64,000 bases of DNA from the NCBI GenBank assembly GCA_022813965.1, contig JALDZS010000069.1, positions 1 through 64,000 on the forward strand. Direction: 5' to 3'. Under the pieces are notes generated by a model, which was not told the DNA's origin, did no database searches, and saw nothing but the letters and a program-made list of their open reading frames with translations. The translations under genes were made by a program, and so were the position numbers. This DNA comes from Toensbergia leucococca (Eukaryota). Of this stretch, positions 22,309-34,150 are shown piece by piece (positions within the stretch are counted from its first letter, which is position 1; each line of letters begins with the position of its first letter).

Positions 22309-23024
22309 CAGCCAGGATAAAGCCCATAAGAACCGTCTTTGCCCTATCTCGGGTTCCATCTGCAGAAAATGAGAATGAAGACATAAGTTTGCACAGATGT
22401 ACTCTTGTTCAGTTGGTAGTTAAATCACCTCTCCAACCGGGTCAGCTACTAAAACCCCAAATTCTGTGTCACGCCTCAGTTTCTTTATTGACACTACCTT
22501 TCGATAGATCAACAGAGCAATGGATGAGAACAACAAGTCTGTGACACTACGGATAGGTACAACACATACCCTCTAATTTAGATCTTTGTAGCTTCTTCAC
22601 TGGTACTACCTTTCAATATATATTCACGATATTGAGACATGACGGAGGAATGAGTGTTTAAATAGGGTTCTCACAAGAACCGCAGTCAGGGCCTTTGAGC
22701 AGCTGAGAGGGGTTTTTGCCTGTGTCTCTCAGCTGCATACCTACTTGTCGGCTTTGGAACTGCAATGCGTAGGTAGTCTCCTAGTATATCAAGAATTGCT
22801 GTGAAGAAAGACTATATATAATACGGTGCCGTATCAGGTAAGCCTGAATGCACCAGGTGACACCGTGAATGATTTGAAGTTCAGAATTATATCGTTATTA
22901 AATGACCTCTATCTTCACATCGTGTTGGGACAAAGGACCACGGATTCGCCCCTAAGGTAAAAAGTAGATATATCGAGGATCTCTTAAGCTCGTTGTAAGG
23001 GGGAGGCGATTCCACAAAAGGATG

Positions 23025-23609
23025 TTAACGGTCCATTTCCGAAGCTAGATAACAAGCTTCCTCTGCCATTTCTACCATACTTCTTGGCTGCCTCTTTTCA
23101 ACATCTACTACCGGAAATTTTGACCTTTGGTGCACGTTCTCCGAAAAGTGTTTTCCAACATCGCCCTCTTCTCCTTCCAACATGCTGTAGATGGCATCGC
23201 TGCCACCTCTCTCATCCAAGTCAGCCTTACTCCGAGGGATGACATGGGTATGTACATGCGGTACGCTTTGCCCAGCATCAACGCCGTCCTGGATGGCTAT
23301 ATTCAGGCTCGATGCATTGTAGACACGCTCAACCATGCGGCCAACCCGTTGAACGGTCAAAAACAGATCGGCCACTTCAGCATGAGAGAGGTCAGAAAGG
23401 CGTGCAACTACTCGTTGAGGAGAGACCAGCACGTGACCAGGAAGCAGAGGTTTTATATTGACCAGGGCAAAACTGTAGGGTGTGAGATGAAATACCTTTC
23501 TCTAAGATCAGTGTGGTTCATAGAAAGCAACGTGATTCAAATCACGAACCTGCCGGGTAACGAGGAAGTTGCCAAAGTAGATTGGCTGGGAATTAGAGAT
23601 TGGTGGCAT
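23025..23609 (-). CDS. HNT2: HIT-family dinucleoside triphosphate hydrolase (Fhit-like), one intron
   Basis: SFALVNIKPLLPGHVLV; IQDGVDAGQSVPHVHTHVIPR; PRSMVEMAEEA. Confidence 0.93.
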
Positions 23610-24038
23610 GACTTGATACTCGTATCGAATTGACTCCAGTGAAAGTGGTGGCCGACGGTCGTAACCTCGTGGGTTCAGCCCTACGAGGTCGAATAGAATA
23701 ACTAAGTCTTGAGCTGGCGTGGCTCACCGTACCGCAGTGCAGTCTTGGCATAAGGTACTACCGAGGTACCAAACCCTCAATTTGACTTTATTCATACCTA
23801 ACCTCAAATGCAGGGCAAAGCGGACGGACAGGGTTACAGAAAAACACATGTGAATAAATCACAGCAAAAACAGTTGGTGGAATCACGAGGGTTAGAAACT
23901 TACTGAAATGATCCTTTGCTTCCCAACGCTTGCTCCAACCTCAACAACCGATGTAACATGTCATCGGCCATCTCATTCTTCAACCCTCTCCTCACCTGAT
24001 TCACCCAGCTCAGCATCTGTAAACAAGCAATCCTCAAG

Positions 24039-25637
24039 ATGATCAGTAACTCCATAGGCGCCTACCTGTTCATCCGTTCTTGCATCTTCTTTCTTCACCT
24101 TATTGCGCCTTTCAGTATTGCCTATTGCACCGCAATACTTGTCTTCAACCCATCGGCGTACCGCCTTCCCTGGCCTGTAGAAATTTGGCTCGTCGCCGAG
24201 GTTGTTTTCTACACCTCCGTCTATCTTCCACGGAAGTATTTCCTACAGCATGAAGCTATCCACCCCCCGAACATGCCTCGTCACCAACGAAATGAGTTGT
24301 ACCGCCGTTGCTTTGGGAGCATTCGAGATCCCGAAGTATATCTCTCCAAATGGTTCAAGGGATCTTCTAGCTGGGAAATCAAGCGGGAAAATGTAAAGGA
24401 ATGGTTTGGTTGGGCCTTTTTAAATACGGCCACCATTGAACCGAAAGATGAGGAAGAATTGGATGGCTATGCAGACCAATTAGAAGTGCTCCTCGGGAGG
24501 AAGCTTGAGCCGGGCAAAGGTAACGCGACCTCTTTGAGGTTGACGCTGGATAAGGTGAAAATGCTTCATAGATCTCTTTGGTGGTACTTCGTAAGTAATC
24601 AGTGCCAAAGAATTCATGTTTCTTTTGCTCTACCTATACACAACACGCAAAGAACATACTAGCTAATCCCATTTTTACAGTGCGTCTTTGTTGTTGATTC
24701 AATCGCCTCCATCAATATGCTTCTACATTCATTTCATTTTCACCGTTTGCCCATCAGCCGCTTTCCTACAGTGTTTCCGTTTCGTCCACTTTCAATCTTC
24801 AGTACTCATCAAACCCCGGCAAGAACGATTACCTACTGGCACCGCCCTCATACCTCGAAAACTCGTCTTCCAGTCCTTTTCATACATGGCATTGGTATTG
24901 GTCTCTATCCTTACGTTAATTTCCTAGCTGAGCTTAACCATGTAAACGAGGAAGATGATTTAGAAGGTGAAGTTGGCATCATCGCCGTGGAAATCATGCC
25001 GATTAGCTTCCGCATTACGAACGCGGCGCTGAAGAAAGATGAGATGTGTGATGAAATCCTCAAAATCCTCAAGAAACATGGGTGGGAGAAAGTTGTACTC
25101 GTGTCGCATTCTTATGGAAGTGTTGTTTCCACTCATCTGCTCCAGAACCCGGCAGCGTCGAATCTGATCGGCCCTATGCTTTTCATCGATCCAGTAACTT
25201 TTCTTCTTCATCTGCCAGACGTGGCTTTCAATTTCACGGTGCGTAAGCCTCGCCAAGCGAATGAATATCAACTTTACTATTTTGGCTCGATGGACATGGG
25301 TGTGTCTCACACCCTGGCACGGCATTTCTTTTGGACAGAGAACATCTTGTGGAAGGACGAAATTGGAGATCGTCGGACGACTGTAGTCCTCGGCGGAAGG
25401 GACATCATTGTTGATACGGACGCGGTAGGGCGCTATGTGTCAGAAGGAGAGAAATCTGTAGAAGCGGGAGTGCATTGGAAGCATCGGGAATGGAGAGGTA
25501 AAGGCTTGGATCTCCTCTGGTTCGAAGAATTAGACCACGCACAGGTTTTCGACGCAAAGCGAAATCGCAAACTACTGGTTAATGTAGTCAGAGCGTACAC
25601 CCTCGAATTACCGCCGGATGGAAAGAAATGTTTTTGA
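24039..25637 (+). CDS. Alpha/beta hydrolase-fold protein with N-terminal membrane segments, intron 24591-24680
   Basis: PVLFIHGIGIGL, nucleophile elbow SHSYG, C-terminal LDHAQ. Confidence 0.85.
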
Positions 25638-26424
25638 TGATAAGAGGGTGAGACGACCACTTATACTTCCGGCCTAAAGATCTACCTACCCACCTACCTT
25701 ACTTACGCAAGAAGAAGTGGGATGCTTAAAATATGCTAACATTGCCTGTCAGACGAGTGACCACCATATTCTCAAGGATCGGCACACCTGCCGCCTTAGA
25801 TACCATAGACTTGTTACTCAGTACGCGAGGGAAAAGGTCTTTGATGAATTCCTCTGGTCACTGAGAAGCAACCGTCTGTGGTCTGTGGATCATGATACAC
25901 TGTTGATTGAGAGGGATCGGGTGGCAAATCCGGGGAGATCAATACAACGGCTTTTCCCTGCAACTCTGTTCACATCTTCAAAGATGGGAATGCAAAATAG
26001 AAGGCTGGGGAGATTGTTCCTTAGCCGCTTCAACTCAAGCCGGCGAGGTGATGAAGGCTATGGTACTCGTATTAACCTACCTATGCGGCAACCCTAAGTA
26101 TTATGCGAAGCTGAGGTATTACATTAGCATTATTTGCAGCAATCGACGTAGCTTTACGAGTAGAATTTAAACGTGTTCATATTCTAGCATCGTTTCAAAA
26201 CGTCTACTCGTGCTCGTGCATCTCTCACATTTAATCATTAAAGCACGGGCTGTTTCTAAATACGCAAAATACCGACTGAGCCCCTGATTTAGAGGTTGAC
26301 GTCACCCGGTATTTGCTTAGGTAAGGTACGGATAGCACGGTAGGTACCTCGAGCCTAGGTAGGAGGGTAGGTAGGTACCTACCATGTCACACCCCTTCAT
26401 ATGCGTACATCCAGCTATGTGAGT

Positions 26425-29400
26425 ATGCCACCTTTTATCCCACGGAAGCGACGTCGCTCAATATCCCCTCTTCATGAGTCTCCTGCACCAAAATCAGTAA
26501 AAAGACCTAGTCTCTTCGACACTCTAGAAAATCCAAGAACGTTAGCAACGATACAGGATAATAAGAAATTCCTTGATGAACTCGATGGCTCAGGTACTGA
26601 GACCTCGTTAAGTGACATCAGTAGTTGCGAGTTCGAGGATGCGGTTCCGTCTGGAAAGCCTCGGTCAATCTACCCTGAGGAAGACGAGGACGAAGACGAA
26701 GCTGACTGGGAGGACGCCATACAACCAAATACCTCAAATACGCCTGTTGCCAAAATTTCAGGCGATCTTGAGATATCGCTCAACCAAGGCGCTCGCATTG
26801 GCTCTCTGACCACATCACTCAACAGAAAAAAAGGACCAAGTAAGGTAGAACGACAAATCAGGACTTTTACTCATTGTATGCATGTACAATTTCTCCTCTT
26901 TCACAACTTAATCAGAAACGCGTGGGTAAGTGATGAAAAGGTGCGGACTTTGCTAGTCAACCAACTGCCGGCAGGTGTGAAAAAGGAGATCGAGAAATGG
27001 AGAACAGCATCTGGCATTGATGTCGAACCTAGGGATGGAATTCATGCCTCGCCGAAGGGAGCGACGAGGAAAAGAAGAGGCAATAGTGGTAACGATGACG
27101 CAAGGAGTCAGCGAGATTGGGGAAAGCCCGCTATACGCCAGGAAAGTGGAGTGCCAGATTTGAGTCGAGGGGATCCACTCCTGAGACTTCTCAAGATATT
27201 GGCTGCTTACTGGAAAAAGCGCTTCGCAATCACCGCGCCAAGTTTGCGTAAGCAAGGATACAAATCACCAGCGAGCTTGAAGGCGGACGTGGCATCATTT
27301 CAGAATGATAAGTACGACCCTTCACAGCACGGCGAGAGAATAGCGGATCTATTGGCATTCACAGAGTATGCAAAGACATGCGAAGGTAGTAGAGATGTTG
27401 GAGCGCAGCTATTTACTGCATTAGTCAGGGGTTTAGGGATACAGGCAAGACTGGTCGTAAGCCTGCAACCCTTGGGGTTTGGTTGGAGTAAGGGCGAAGA
27501 TGCGGTAGTAAGGAGAAAGAAAGTCCCTAATGACCTCGAAGCGAACCCTACCGGAAACGCTGAAGGAGATGGTGGTGGTACCTCCACTGTGGAAGAAGAT
27601 TCTAGCGGTGATGTCGAAGTGACCAAGCCAGCGGCATCCCGTGTATCAAATATTAGAGCCTCCAGGATGTTTGAGATAAGTTCTGAGCACAAAAAGAAAG
27701 GAAGAGGTCAGAAAGATGAGCCTGTCGATCATTTCCACGAATCAGGGGACGCCCACAATGATTTGCTTGAAGATGACGAAGATTCTATTGTCGATGTTAC
27801 ACCACTGACTCCTCGAAGGATGCCTGATATGAACTACGACGAAGACATGCCCTTTCCGACCTATTGGACTGAAGTTATTTCGCCCATCACTAGCGAAGTC
27901 ATCCCTGTTGATTCTCTCGTGCTCACTCCTGCTGTGACCACCAAACCCGAGCTCTTTGCCCGATTCGAACCCAGAGGCGCCAAAGCAGACAAAGCGAAGC
28001 AAATCCTCGCTTACGTAGTAGCATATTCCAATGATAACACTGCTAAAGATGTTACAACTCGATATCTCAGGCGCCATATGTGGCCCGGGAAGACCAAGGG
28101 GGTGAGATTACCGGTCGAAAAAATACCGGCACACAACAAAAGAGGGAAAATAAAACATTACGAAGATTACGATTGGTTCAAGAACGCTCTCAGTGGGTAT
28201 CGCAGGCCTCAAAAGATGAGAACTTTGGCCGATGATCTAGAAGAGGCCAAAGATTTGAAAGCCTTGCGACCCGAAAAGAGGGAGGCCAAAGGAGGGGAGG
28301 AGACTTTGCAAGGCTATAAGAGCTCTGCCAATTTCGTCCTTGAACGGCATCTTAGGCGCGAAGAAGCAATCCCGCCTAGTGCAAAGCCTGTAAAGACCTT
28401 TGTCACGGGCAAAGGCGACAACGCCAAAGAGGAGCCTGTCTTCAAACGCGAGGATGTCATGATCTGCCGTACTGGCGAAAGCTGGCATAAAGAAGGCCGC
28501 CAGGTCAAAGCAGGAGAACATCCAATGAAAATGGTACCAGTAAGAGCTGTTACGCTGACTAGAAAGCGAGAAGTTGAGGAGGCGGAGAGGGATGGAGGGG
28601 AGAAGCTCAAGCAAGGTCTCTACGCTTTGGATCAGACAGAGTGGATAATCCCACCGCCTATTGAAAATGGGATTATCCCCAAGAATGCATTTGGTAATAT
28701 GGACTGCTACGTTCCTACAATGGTACCAAGAGGCGCTGTCCACATACCACTTCAGCGGTCTATGAGGATCTGCAAGCGGCTAGGAATTGACTACGCAGAA
28801 GCAGTTACAGGGTTTGAATTTGGTAAGCAACGGGCTGTACCTGTGATAACTGGTGTAGTTGTTGCTACTGAGCACGAAGATCTGATCATTGATGAATGGG
28901 AGAAGGACGAAGAAGAGCGGAGACGAAGGGAAGACGGTAAAAAGGAAAAAGCATCATTGGCTACGTGGAGGAAATTTTTGATGGGTCTTAGAATTGTGGA
29001 GAGGGTGAGAGAGGAGTATGGCGGAGACGCCAATGCACACATGAGAGAAGAGCTGAACCCATTCACAAACAAGAACAAGAAACTCAGCATACCGGCGCCC
29101 TCCAAGAAGTTCATGTCTCCCCCGAGGCAAGACTTGAACCAACATGAAGATAAGGATGTTGCAGGTGGCTTCCTTGCTGATGAAGCTAGTGACGATGAGG
29201 GTGGAGAGAGGCTGGTCCTGCATGAAGATGGTGAGAACAGTTCGACTCCTCGCTGGCGTGGTGGTTTCCTTATTGAAGAAGAAAGTGGTACTATTCGGAC
29301 GTCTTTGGCTTCGACGAAAACGGCTCCGGCAGGGCAGGCTTCAGGTGAAATAGCTTTTGAGAGGCTTGGGCGCGAGTTGGTGGAGAACGAAAAGAAAGCT

Positions 29401-29889
29401 ATGGACTCGGACATCAACGATGAAGGGCATTCACTGAAGCAGAGGCTAAGCCGCTTGGAGGAGAGAAGACTTGTGGCGAAAACTTCTGTATTAAAAAGTA
29501 AGACGACTAAGAAAAGTCGTGCTGCGAGTAGAAATAAGGTTAGCAATAAGGAGGCCTCTTCATCTAATAACGGCCTTAACACACCCAACACTCGGGAGTT
29601 GTCAAAGTCGCGAGTAAACGGTGCTTCCCAGAAGCTGGCATTGACAAAAGCTCCTTCAAAAGCTCCCTCAAAAGGCAAGGCAAACGGGACAGAGGATGCA
29701 GCACTCAAAAGTCATTACTTTTCACGCAACAGCGATGAGGAAATGGGTGGTGCCCAAGAGAGTATATCAAGTGCTGATGAGTCTTTGAGCAAGCCCCAAG
29801 CGACATTCAAAAGGGCTGGAGCTATCCGTACAGCGAATGAAGCTGTGGCAAGGACCGGCACGAGAAGATCGAGTAAAAAGACAAAGTAG
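26425..29889 (+). CDS. RAD4: Rad4/XPC-family nucleotide excision repair protein
   Basis: GSRDVGAQLFTALVRGLG, AKDVTTRY, FVLERHLRREE, IPKNAFGNMD, LGIDYAEAVTGFEF. Which paralogue is not resolved. Confidence 0.92.
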   Translation: MPPFIPRKRRRSISPLHESPAPKSVKRPSLFDTLENPRTLATIQDNKKFLDELDGSGTETSLSDISSCEFEDAVPSGKPRSIYPEEDEDEDEADWEDAIQPNTSNTPVAKISGDLEISLNQGARIGSLTTSLNRKKGPSKVERQIRTFTHCMHVQFLLFHNLIRNAWVSDEKVRTLLVNQLPAGVKKEIEKWRTASGIDVEPRDGIHASPKGATRKRRGNSGNDDARSQRDWGKPAIRQESGVPDLSRGDPLLRLLKILAAYWKKRFAITAPSLRKQGYKSPASLKADVASFQNDKYDPSQHGERIADLLAFTEYAKTCEGSRDVGAQLFTALVRGLGIQARLVVSLQPLGFGWSKGEDAVVRRKKVPNDLEANPTGNAEGDGGGTSTVEEDSSGDVEVTKPAASRVSNIRASRMFEISSEHKKKGRGQKDEPVDHFHESGDAHNDLLEDDEDSIVDVTPLTPRRMPDMNYDEDMPFPTYWTEVISPITSEVIPVDSLVLTPAVTTKPELFARFEPRGAKADKAKQILAYVVAYSNDNTAKDVTTRYLRRHMWPGKTKGVRLPVEKIPAHNKRGKIKHYEDYDWFKNALSGYRRPQKMRTLADDLEEAKDLKALRPEKREAKGGEETLQGYKSSANFVLERHLRREEAIPPSAKPVKTFVTGKGDNAKEEPVFKREDVMICRTGESWHKEGRQVKAGEHPMKMVPVRAVTLTRKREVEEAERDGGEKLKQGLYALDQTEWIIPPPIENGIIPKNAFGNMDCYVPTMVPRGAVHIPLQRSMRICKRLGIDYAEAVTGFEFGKQRAVPVITGVVVATEHEDLIIDEWEKDEEERRRREDGKKEKASLATWRKFLMGLRIVERVREEYGGDANAHMREELNPFTNKNKKLSIPAPSKKFMSPPRQDLNQHEDKDVAGGFLADEASDDEGGERLVLHEDGENSSTPRWRGGFLIEEESGTIRTSLASTKTAPAGQASGEIAFERLGRELVENEKKAMDSDINDEGHSLKQRLSRLEERRLVAKTSVLKSKTTKKSRAASRNKVSNKEASSSNNGLNTPNTRELSKSRVNGASQKLALTKAPSKAPSKGKANGTEDAALKSHYFSRNSDEEMGGAQESISSADESLSKPQATFKRAGAIRTANEAVARTGTRRSSKKTK

Positions 29890-30806
29890 ATAATCACCCC
29901 CTATTTTTTCTAGAGAGTCTTAGCTGAATGTTGCCACTGATTACGCCTATCTCCTTTGAACTATCATTAATTGCTCCTACATGGACTGGGTACGAATCGC
30001 CTCGGACAATCATCACTAGAACATTTTGTTCCGAACAGACTCGTCCTCGTGTCAAAAGCAAATTCGTTGAATCCTCGCTTACATGATATGTAGCATGAAA
30101 ATCAAACTTCTCTACACTCAGGACTCAGGTCATCAGCAATAGATCTTGAGCTGACTGTACCTTTTCACCTCAACAGCTAATGTTTCGGGACGATGGTAGG
30201 CTTCTTTGTTGCTGTAAGCAGAAATGCGGTTTATTTGTTACGGATTTCCTCCACCCACCATGCTAGATTAGGCCTAAATAGCGTCCCCTCACACACTCAA
30301 GGTAGTAGATAGAGAGTTTGCACTCCCTCGCACCTAGCTACCTAGCTTTCTCATCCATCCATCATACTATTCAACCATACTTTATCAGAGATATCACCTC
30401 ATTATGTGATTATCCCTGACATTATTGGCAAATATGATGCTTTTAATCTGCAAGCAACCCCAGGATTCCCATCATACCTGAGAGTGCCATTCTTCATTTC
30501 TTCCTCGGACGTGTTTTTAATTCAAAATATATTCCGCCTTTTTTATTTTGGGTTGGAAGGGCGTTTGCAATCAAGTGCAAGCATTTTGACATCCTGTCCC
30601 TCAATACATCCTCCATTCTTCATAACAATTTTCAGTTCTGAACTTCTGACAAATGGCCAATATTTCCTCACTGAGGGTTGCAGTGAATTGAACCTCGCGC
30701 CCTGGGTTTTCAGAACCTGTTATTCACTTTCAAACCTCACTCATCTTCCCAATAACATTTCCTGAGCAGCCCACAAAAGTTAGCACTCCGGGACTTCAAG
30801 ACTACC

Positions 30807-31816
30807 ATGACTTCACCACGGCAGAAATTGCAAGGCAACCGTCATCGAGTTATTAAAGAGGAGAGGGCTGAAAATGAGAATGATCTCTATGATGCGTGAG
30901 TTCAAATGTGAGATTAAGTCCAGGCAGTCTCTTTGCTGACATGACCACAGCACTCCACAGCCGCAAGACACGCCTAATGAACTAGCTTTACCTCCTGCTC
31001 CAGCATGGACACCTCTCGTAATCCGAAGATTGGCCGCAATCAACTACACACTTGACATACCCCGCAACCCAGAAGAATTCACATTCGCCTTCCTTCGAAA
31101 AAATCTCCTGGGTACTCCCATCTCGCCCTGTTCATATCACGGTAATAATCCGGCGTCCCTTGCCAAAACGTGGAATGCCGTCAACGGGCAGTACGAACCC
31201 TTCATGCCTCGATTTCCAGGCCTTCATGGAGCCAGATTATCAACGATCCTAGCTTTAACTGATGAAGATGTACCTGTGGACAATGTGCCCCTGTTCGTCA
31301 GCAATCCCGGTGGTGAATACCTGTATTACGGGCAGTATCGAATGCCTCATATGCCTGATGGAAAATCGCGCTGGCCCGACCGGCTTGACTATGACCGCAT
31401 GGTCGAGATGGTTCCTCAAAGTGTCCTGCGACACAAAGCCCGGGAGCTGGCGAAGCGAGACCGTCCTGCGTGGGTGCACGATAGGATAAAGGAGTACGTC
31501 TGGCCGCTTCCGGATGACGTCGAATTCCCCTTGACGGGAGCAGGGAAAAAGTATCTTGATGACTTCGATGAGTTGAGGGAAGAAGAAATGGGAAAGATAG
31601 ATGAAGAATTTATTATGAATGCCTTCAACCAGGTAGGAACAACCCTCAAAAACAATAATTAGGCTGCTAGCAATGACATGGACTGACTTACGTTTCTCAT
31701 AGCCGGAAGCCGGCGCTCTACCTAGCTTACGCCTTTCTTGGGAGTATTATGAGTGTATTGGATATGATCGAAACTTTTATGAAAAGCTGGTGACAAGAAA
31801 ACGAGCACAACCCTGA
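30807..31816 (+). CDS. Fungal protein, probably DUF6697 family, two introns
   Basis: Spliced frame with WTPLVIRRL, PRFPGLHGARL, VPLFV...YLYYGQYR, DRLDYD and final exon LRLSWEYYECIGYDRNFY. Confidence 0.6.
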
Positions 31817-32458
31817 GCGCTCAGGCACGCTCTAAAGGCACTGTGGAAAGGTGTGCATTATTGGCACGGATAGAACATAGACCAAAAGACACTGATTTCT
31901 TTTCATTTCTCACTTCGGACCAGGGAGGATCGGGGCTCGGAGGCAGAAGGCATCAATCGGGCGTTTGTACCTCAATGGCGGGCTGATACCTTTGATTGCG
32001 GACCATTGTGTCTGCATGGAAATCAGAACGTCATTCGATCTTCTACGGCAGTACGAAATAGGCACCGTACTACAGGAGGCCCAAAAATTTTAGTGGTATT
32101 TGCTGGGAAGACCTTTGCGAGGTACGAAGCTTGTACAAAGCCCTCGGCCAGCCTCTTCGCTTTGTTGCTCACGTTGAAGGGTAGCCTACCACCGGCAACG
32201 TACCAGAATAGGAACGACGGGAAATAGTTGTGATGGAGATCCGACGCGATGAAACCCATGTCTGATAAGAGAGCACACGAGCATGGAGAATTCGGACTTT
32301 CGGGTTAAGATTCAAAGAGCCTGCGATTTGGAACGATGCTCCAAGGGTATAGTGTAAATACAGAACACCTCCCGCCCCCAAGCCCCCTCTTGTCGTAATT
32401 TCATTAGACACCTTGCCCCAAAACGAGGCTATCACTGCTTGACGGTCAGTCTTTCGTT

Positions 32459-34150
32459 TCAATCCCCTTTCTTCCTTGCAGAATCCCGAGTCAACTCTCG
32501 TTTCCGCGAAACCCGTTCTTTCCCACTCCCTTGCTGTCGAATGCCCGAAGATTCTGTGCCAGTCTGAGCGCGGCTACTTCCCTCCTCATCATTACGCTGA
32601 TCACCGCCAAGTTCAAAAGCATCGCTCAATTCAATCAAATCGCCAATTCCAGATCTGTCACGCGAGTCATTCGACTGGAGTGTTGCAGCTGCCCTGGTCG
32701 CAAACTTTCGCACCCATCCTTCGATGGCCCCACCCATATTCTCGATACCGGTCGAAGACGTCGACGTGGAGGACTCAAGTGAGGCTCGAGGAGCCACATT
32801 AGGTAGATGTGCTGCGAACAGCTTGTTGAGCCTATCTTGGGCAGGGCCTGGGCTGTGTACTTCTTTTCCTAGTGTTCCGACACCACCTGGTCCTTGCATT
32901 TGCCGAGCAAAAAAGGACCCCGACGATGATCTCGATTTGACGCGTCGTGGAGAAGTATCCTGATTAGTTGATCGAGGCAGGTCTAATGACGCTGGAGGAG
33001 TATCTAGATCTGAATATGAAAGAGATTTTCGTCTGGTAGGGGGAAAGAAGCCGAGGGTGTTGCACGGGAGACGTACGATTTCTACCGCATCTGGGTGGCC
33101 ATCAAGGATGATCCAGGATTCGTGTTTCCAAGGGGACTCGTCGAAGTTTGAAACCGATATGGACGGCGAGGTCGGTATACTTGACAAAGGTGTTTCTTTC
33201 GCTTCCAAACTATCAGATAGATTTCCCCAAGCATGTTGCGCGTTTGTAGGCGTTTCCATCGTGTCATCAATACATTCTTCTCCTAATAGATCGATGGATA
33301 TTGTAGGCTCTGGAACTTTGCGTCCCTTTACACCACAGGCGTCGATGGGAAGAATGACCGTCTTCCTGACTTGAATACTATCATTCGGCCAGAGTCGATT
33401 AGCCTTTCGGAATGCAGCTGGCTGGCAGCAGTACTTGATTAGAACACCGGCGAGCGTATCACTTGCTCTCACTCTATGTAAATAGACCAATGCATCTCGA
33501 TCCTCCAGGTCTGAAGGAGGCGCTGACGCAGAACCCCTATCATCGGAATTCCTGCGCTTGAACTGTCCTGAAGCATCCGTATGAGTATGAAAACCTGCTG
33601 ACAAAAGAGTTTCCCGCTTCATGGCTTGCAGCTGGGCTTTTCGATACTCTATCAATGATGATCCGGCTTGCTTTGTTGTACCACCTAGAGGACCCCATTG
33701 AGCAGGTGGAGCACTGGTATTTCGCGTGTGCTTCACTTCGACCGGCCGATTTCTCCTCGACGTCCGAGACACTCCTCTTGATTCTGGAATCGGATCACCG
33801 CTAAGGAGGTTAGATGCAATGCCTTGTAGCGAAGACCACGAGGTCTCCCAAAGACCGCTAGTGAGCTTCGCAGGCGCAGGTTCAGATGCCGAAGGCCTGT
33901 CACTGCTAAGGGACCTTCTTGGTTTTCTGTTGGATGAGGCTGAGCGTGAGGGATGCTTGCTGGGTATAGGGGAGTGCGCCCTTGAAGAGAAGGACGATGA
34001 GACAGTCGGCTCCCGTCGAGGATCTGTGGAAGCGGAGGAAGAAGAGTTGATCAGTGCAGACCCGCCATCAATAGAGACTAAACGGCGAGTCCTCGGGCGA
34101 AGGGTAGCAGAGTTATCTGTTGAGGCTATCGTTGGTTGCTTGGGGTTCAT
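32459..34150 (-). CDS. Intracellular LysM-domain protein
   Basis: YLHRVRASDTLAGVLIKY...FRKANRLWPNDSIQVRKTVILP within a Ser-rich 563-aa ORF; no signal peptide evident. Confidence 0.85.
   Translation of the reverse strand: MNPKQPTIASTDNSATLRPRTRRLVSIDGGSALINSSSSASTDPRREPTVSSSFSSRAHSPIPSKHPSRSASSNRKPRRSLSSDRPSASEPAPAKLTSGLWETSWSSLQGIASNLLSGDPIPESRGVSRTSRRNRPVEVKHTRNTSAPPAQWGPLGGTTKQAGSSLIEYRKAQLQAMKRETLLSAGFHTHTDASGQFKRRNSDDRGSASAPPSDLEDRDALVYLHRVRASDTLAGVLIKYCCQPAAFRKANRLWPNDSIQVRKTVILPIDACGVKGRKVPEPTISIDLLGEECIDDTMETPTNAQHAWGNLSDSLEAKETPLSSIPTSPSISVSNFDESPWKHESWIILDGHPDAVEIVRLPCNTLGFFPPTRRKSLSYSDLDTPPASLDLPRSTNQDTSPRRVKSRSSSGSFFARQMQGPGGVGTLGKEVHSPGPAQDRLNKLFAAHLPNVAPRASLESSTSTSSTGIENMGGAIEGWVRKFATRAAATLQSNDSRDRSGIGDLIELSDAFELGGDQRNDEEGSSRAQTGTESSGIRQQGSGKERVSRKRELTRDSARKKGD

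Noticed and set aside
22737..22752. ATACCTACTTG resembling the U1 snRNA 5' end
   Set aside because: Mismatches in the invariant ACTTACCTG, and no U1-70K loop or Sm site follows.
25717..26170. Small ORFs between the hydrolase and RAD4
   Set aside because: Non-ATG starts and no recognisable motifs.
28791..29708. 305-aa antisense ORF, and similar ones at 45518-46204 and 51503-52057
   Set aside because: Shadows of well-supported genes on the opposite strand.
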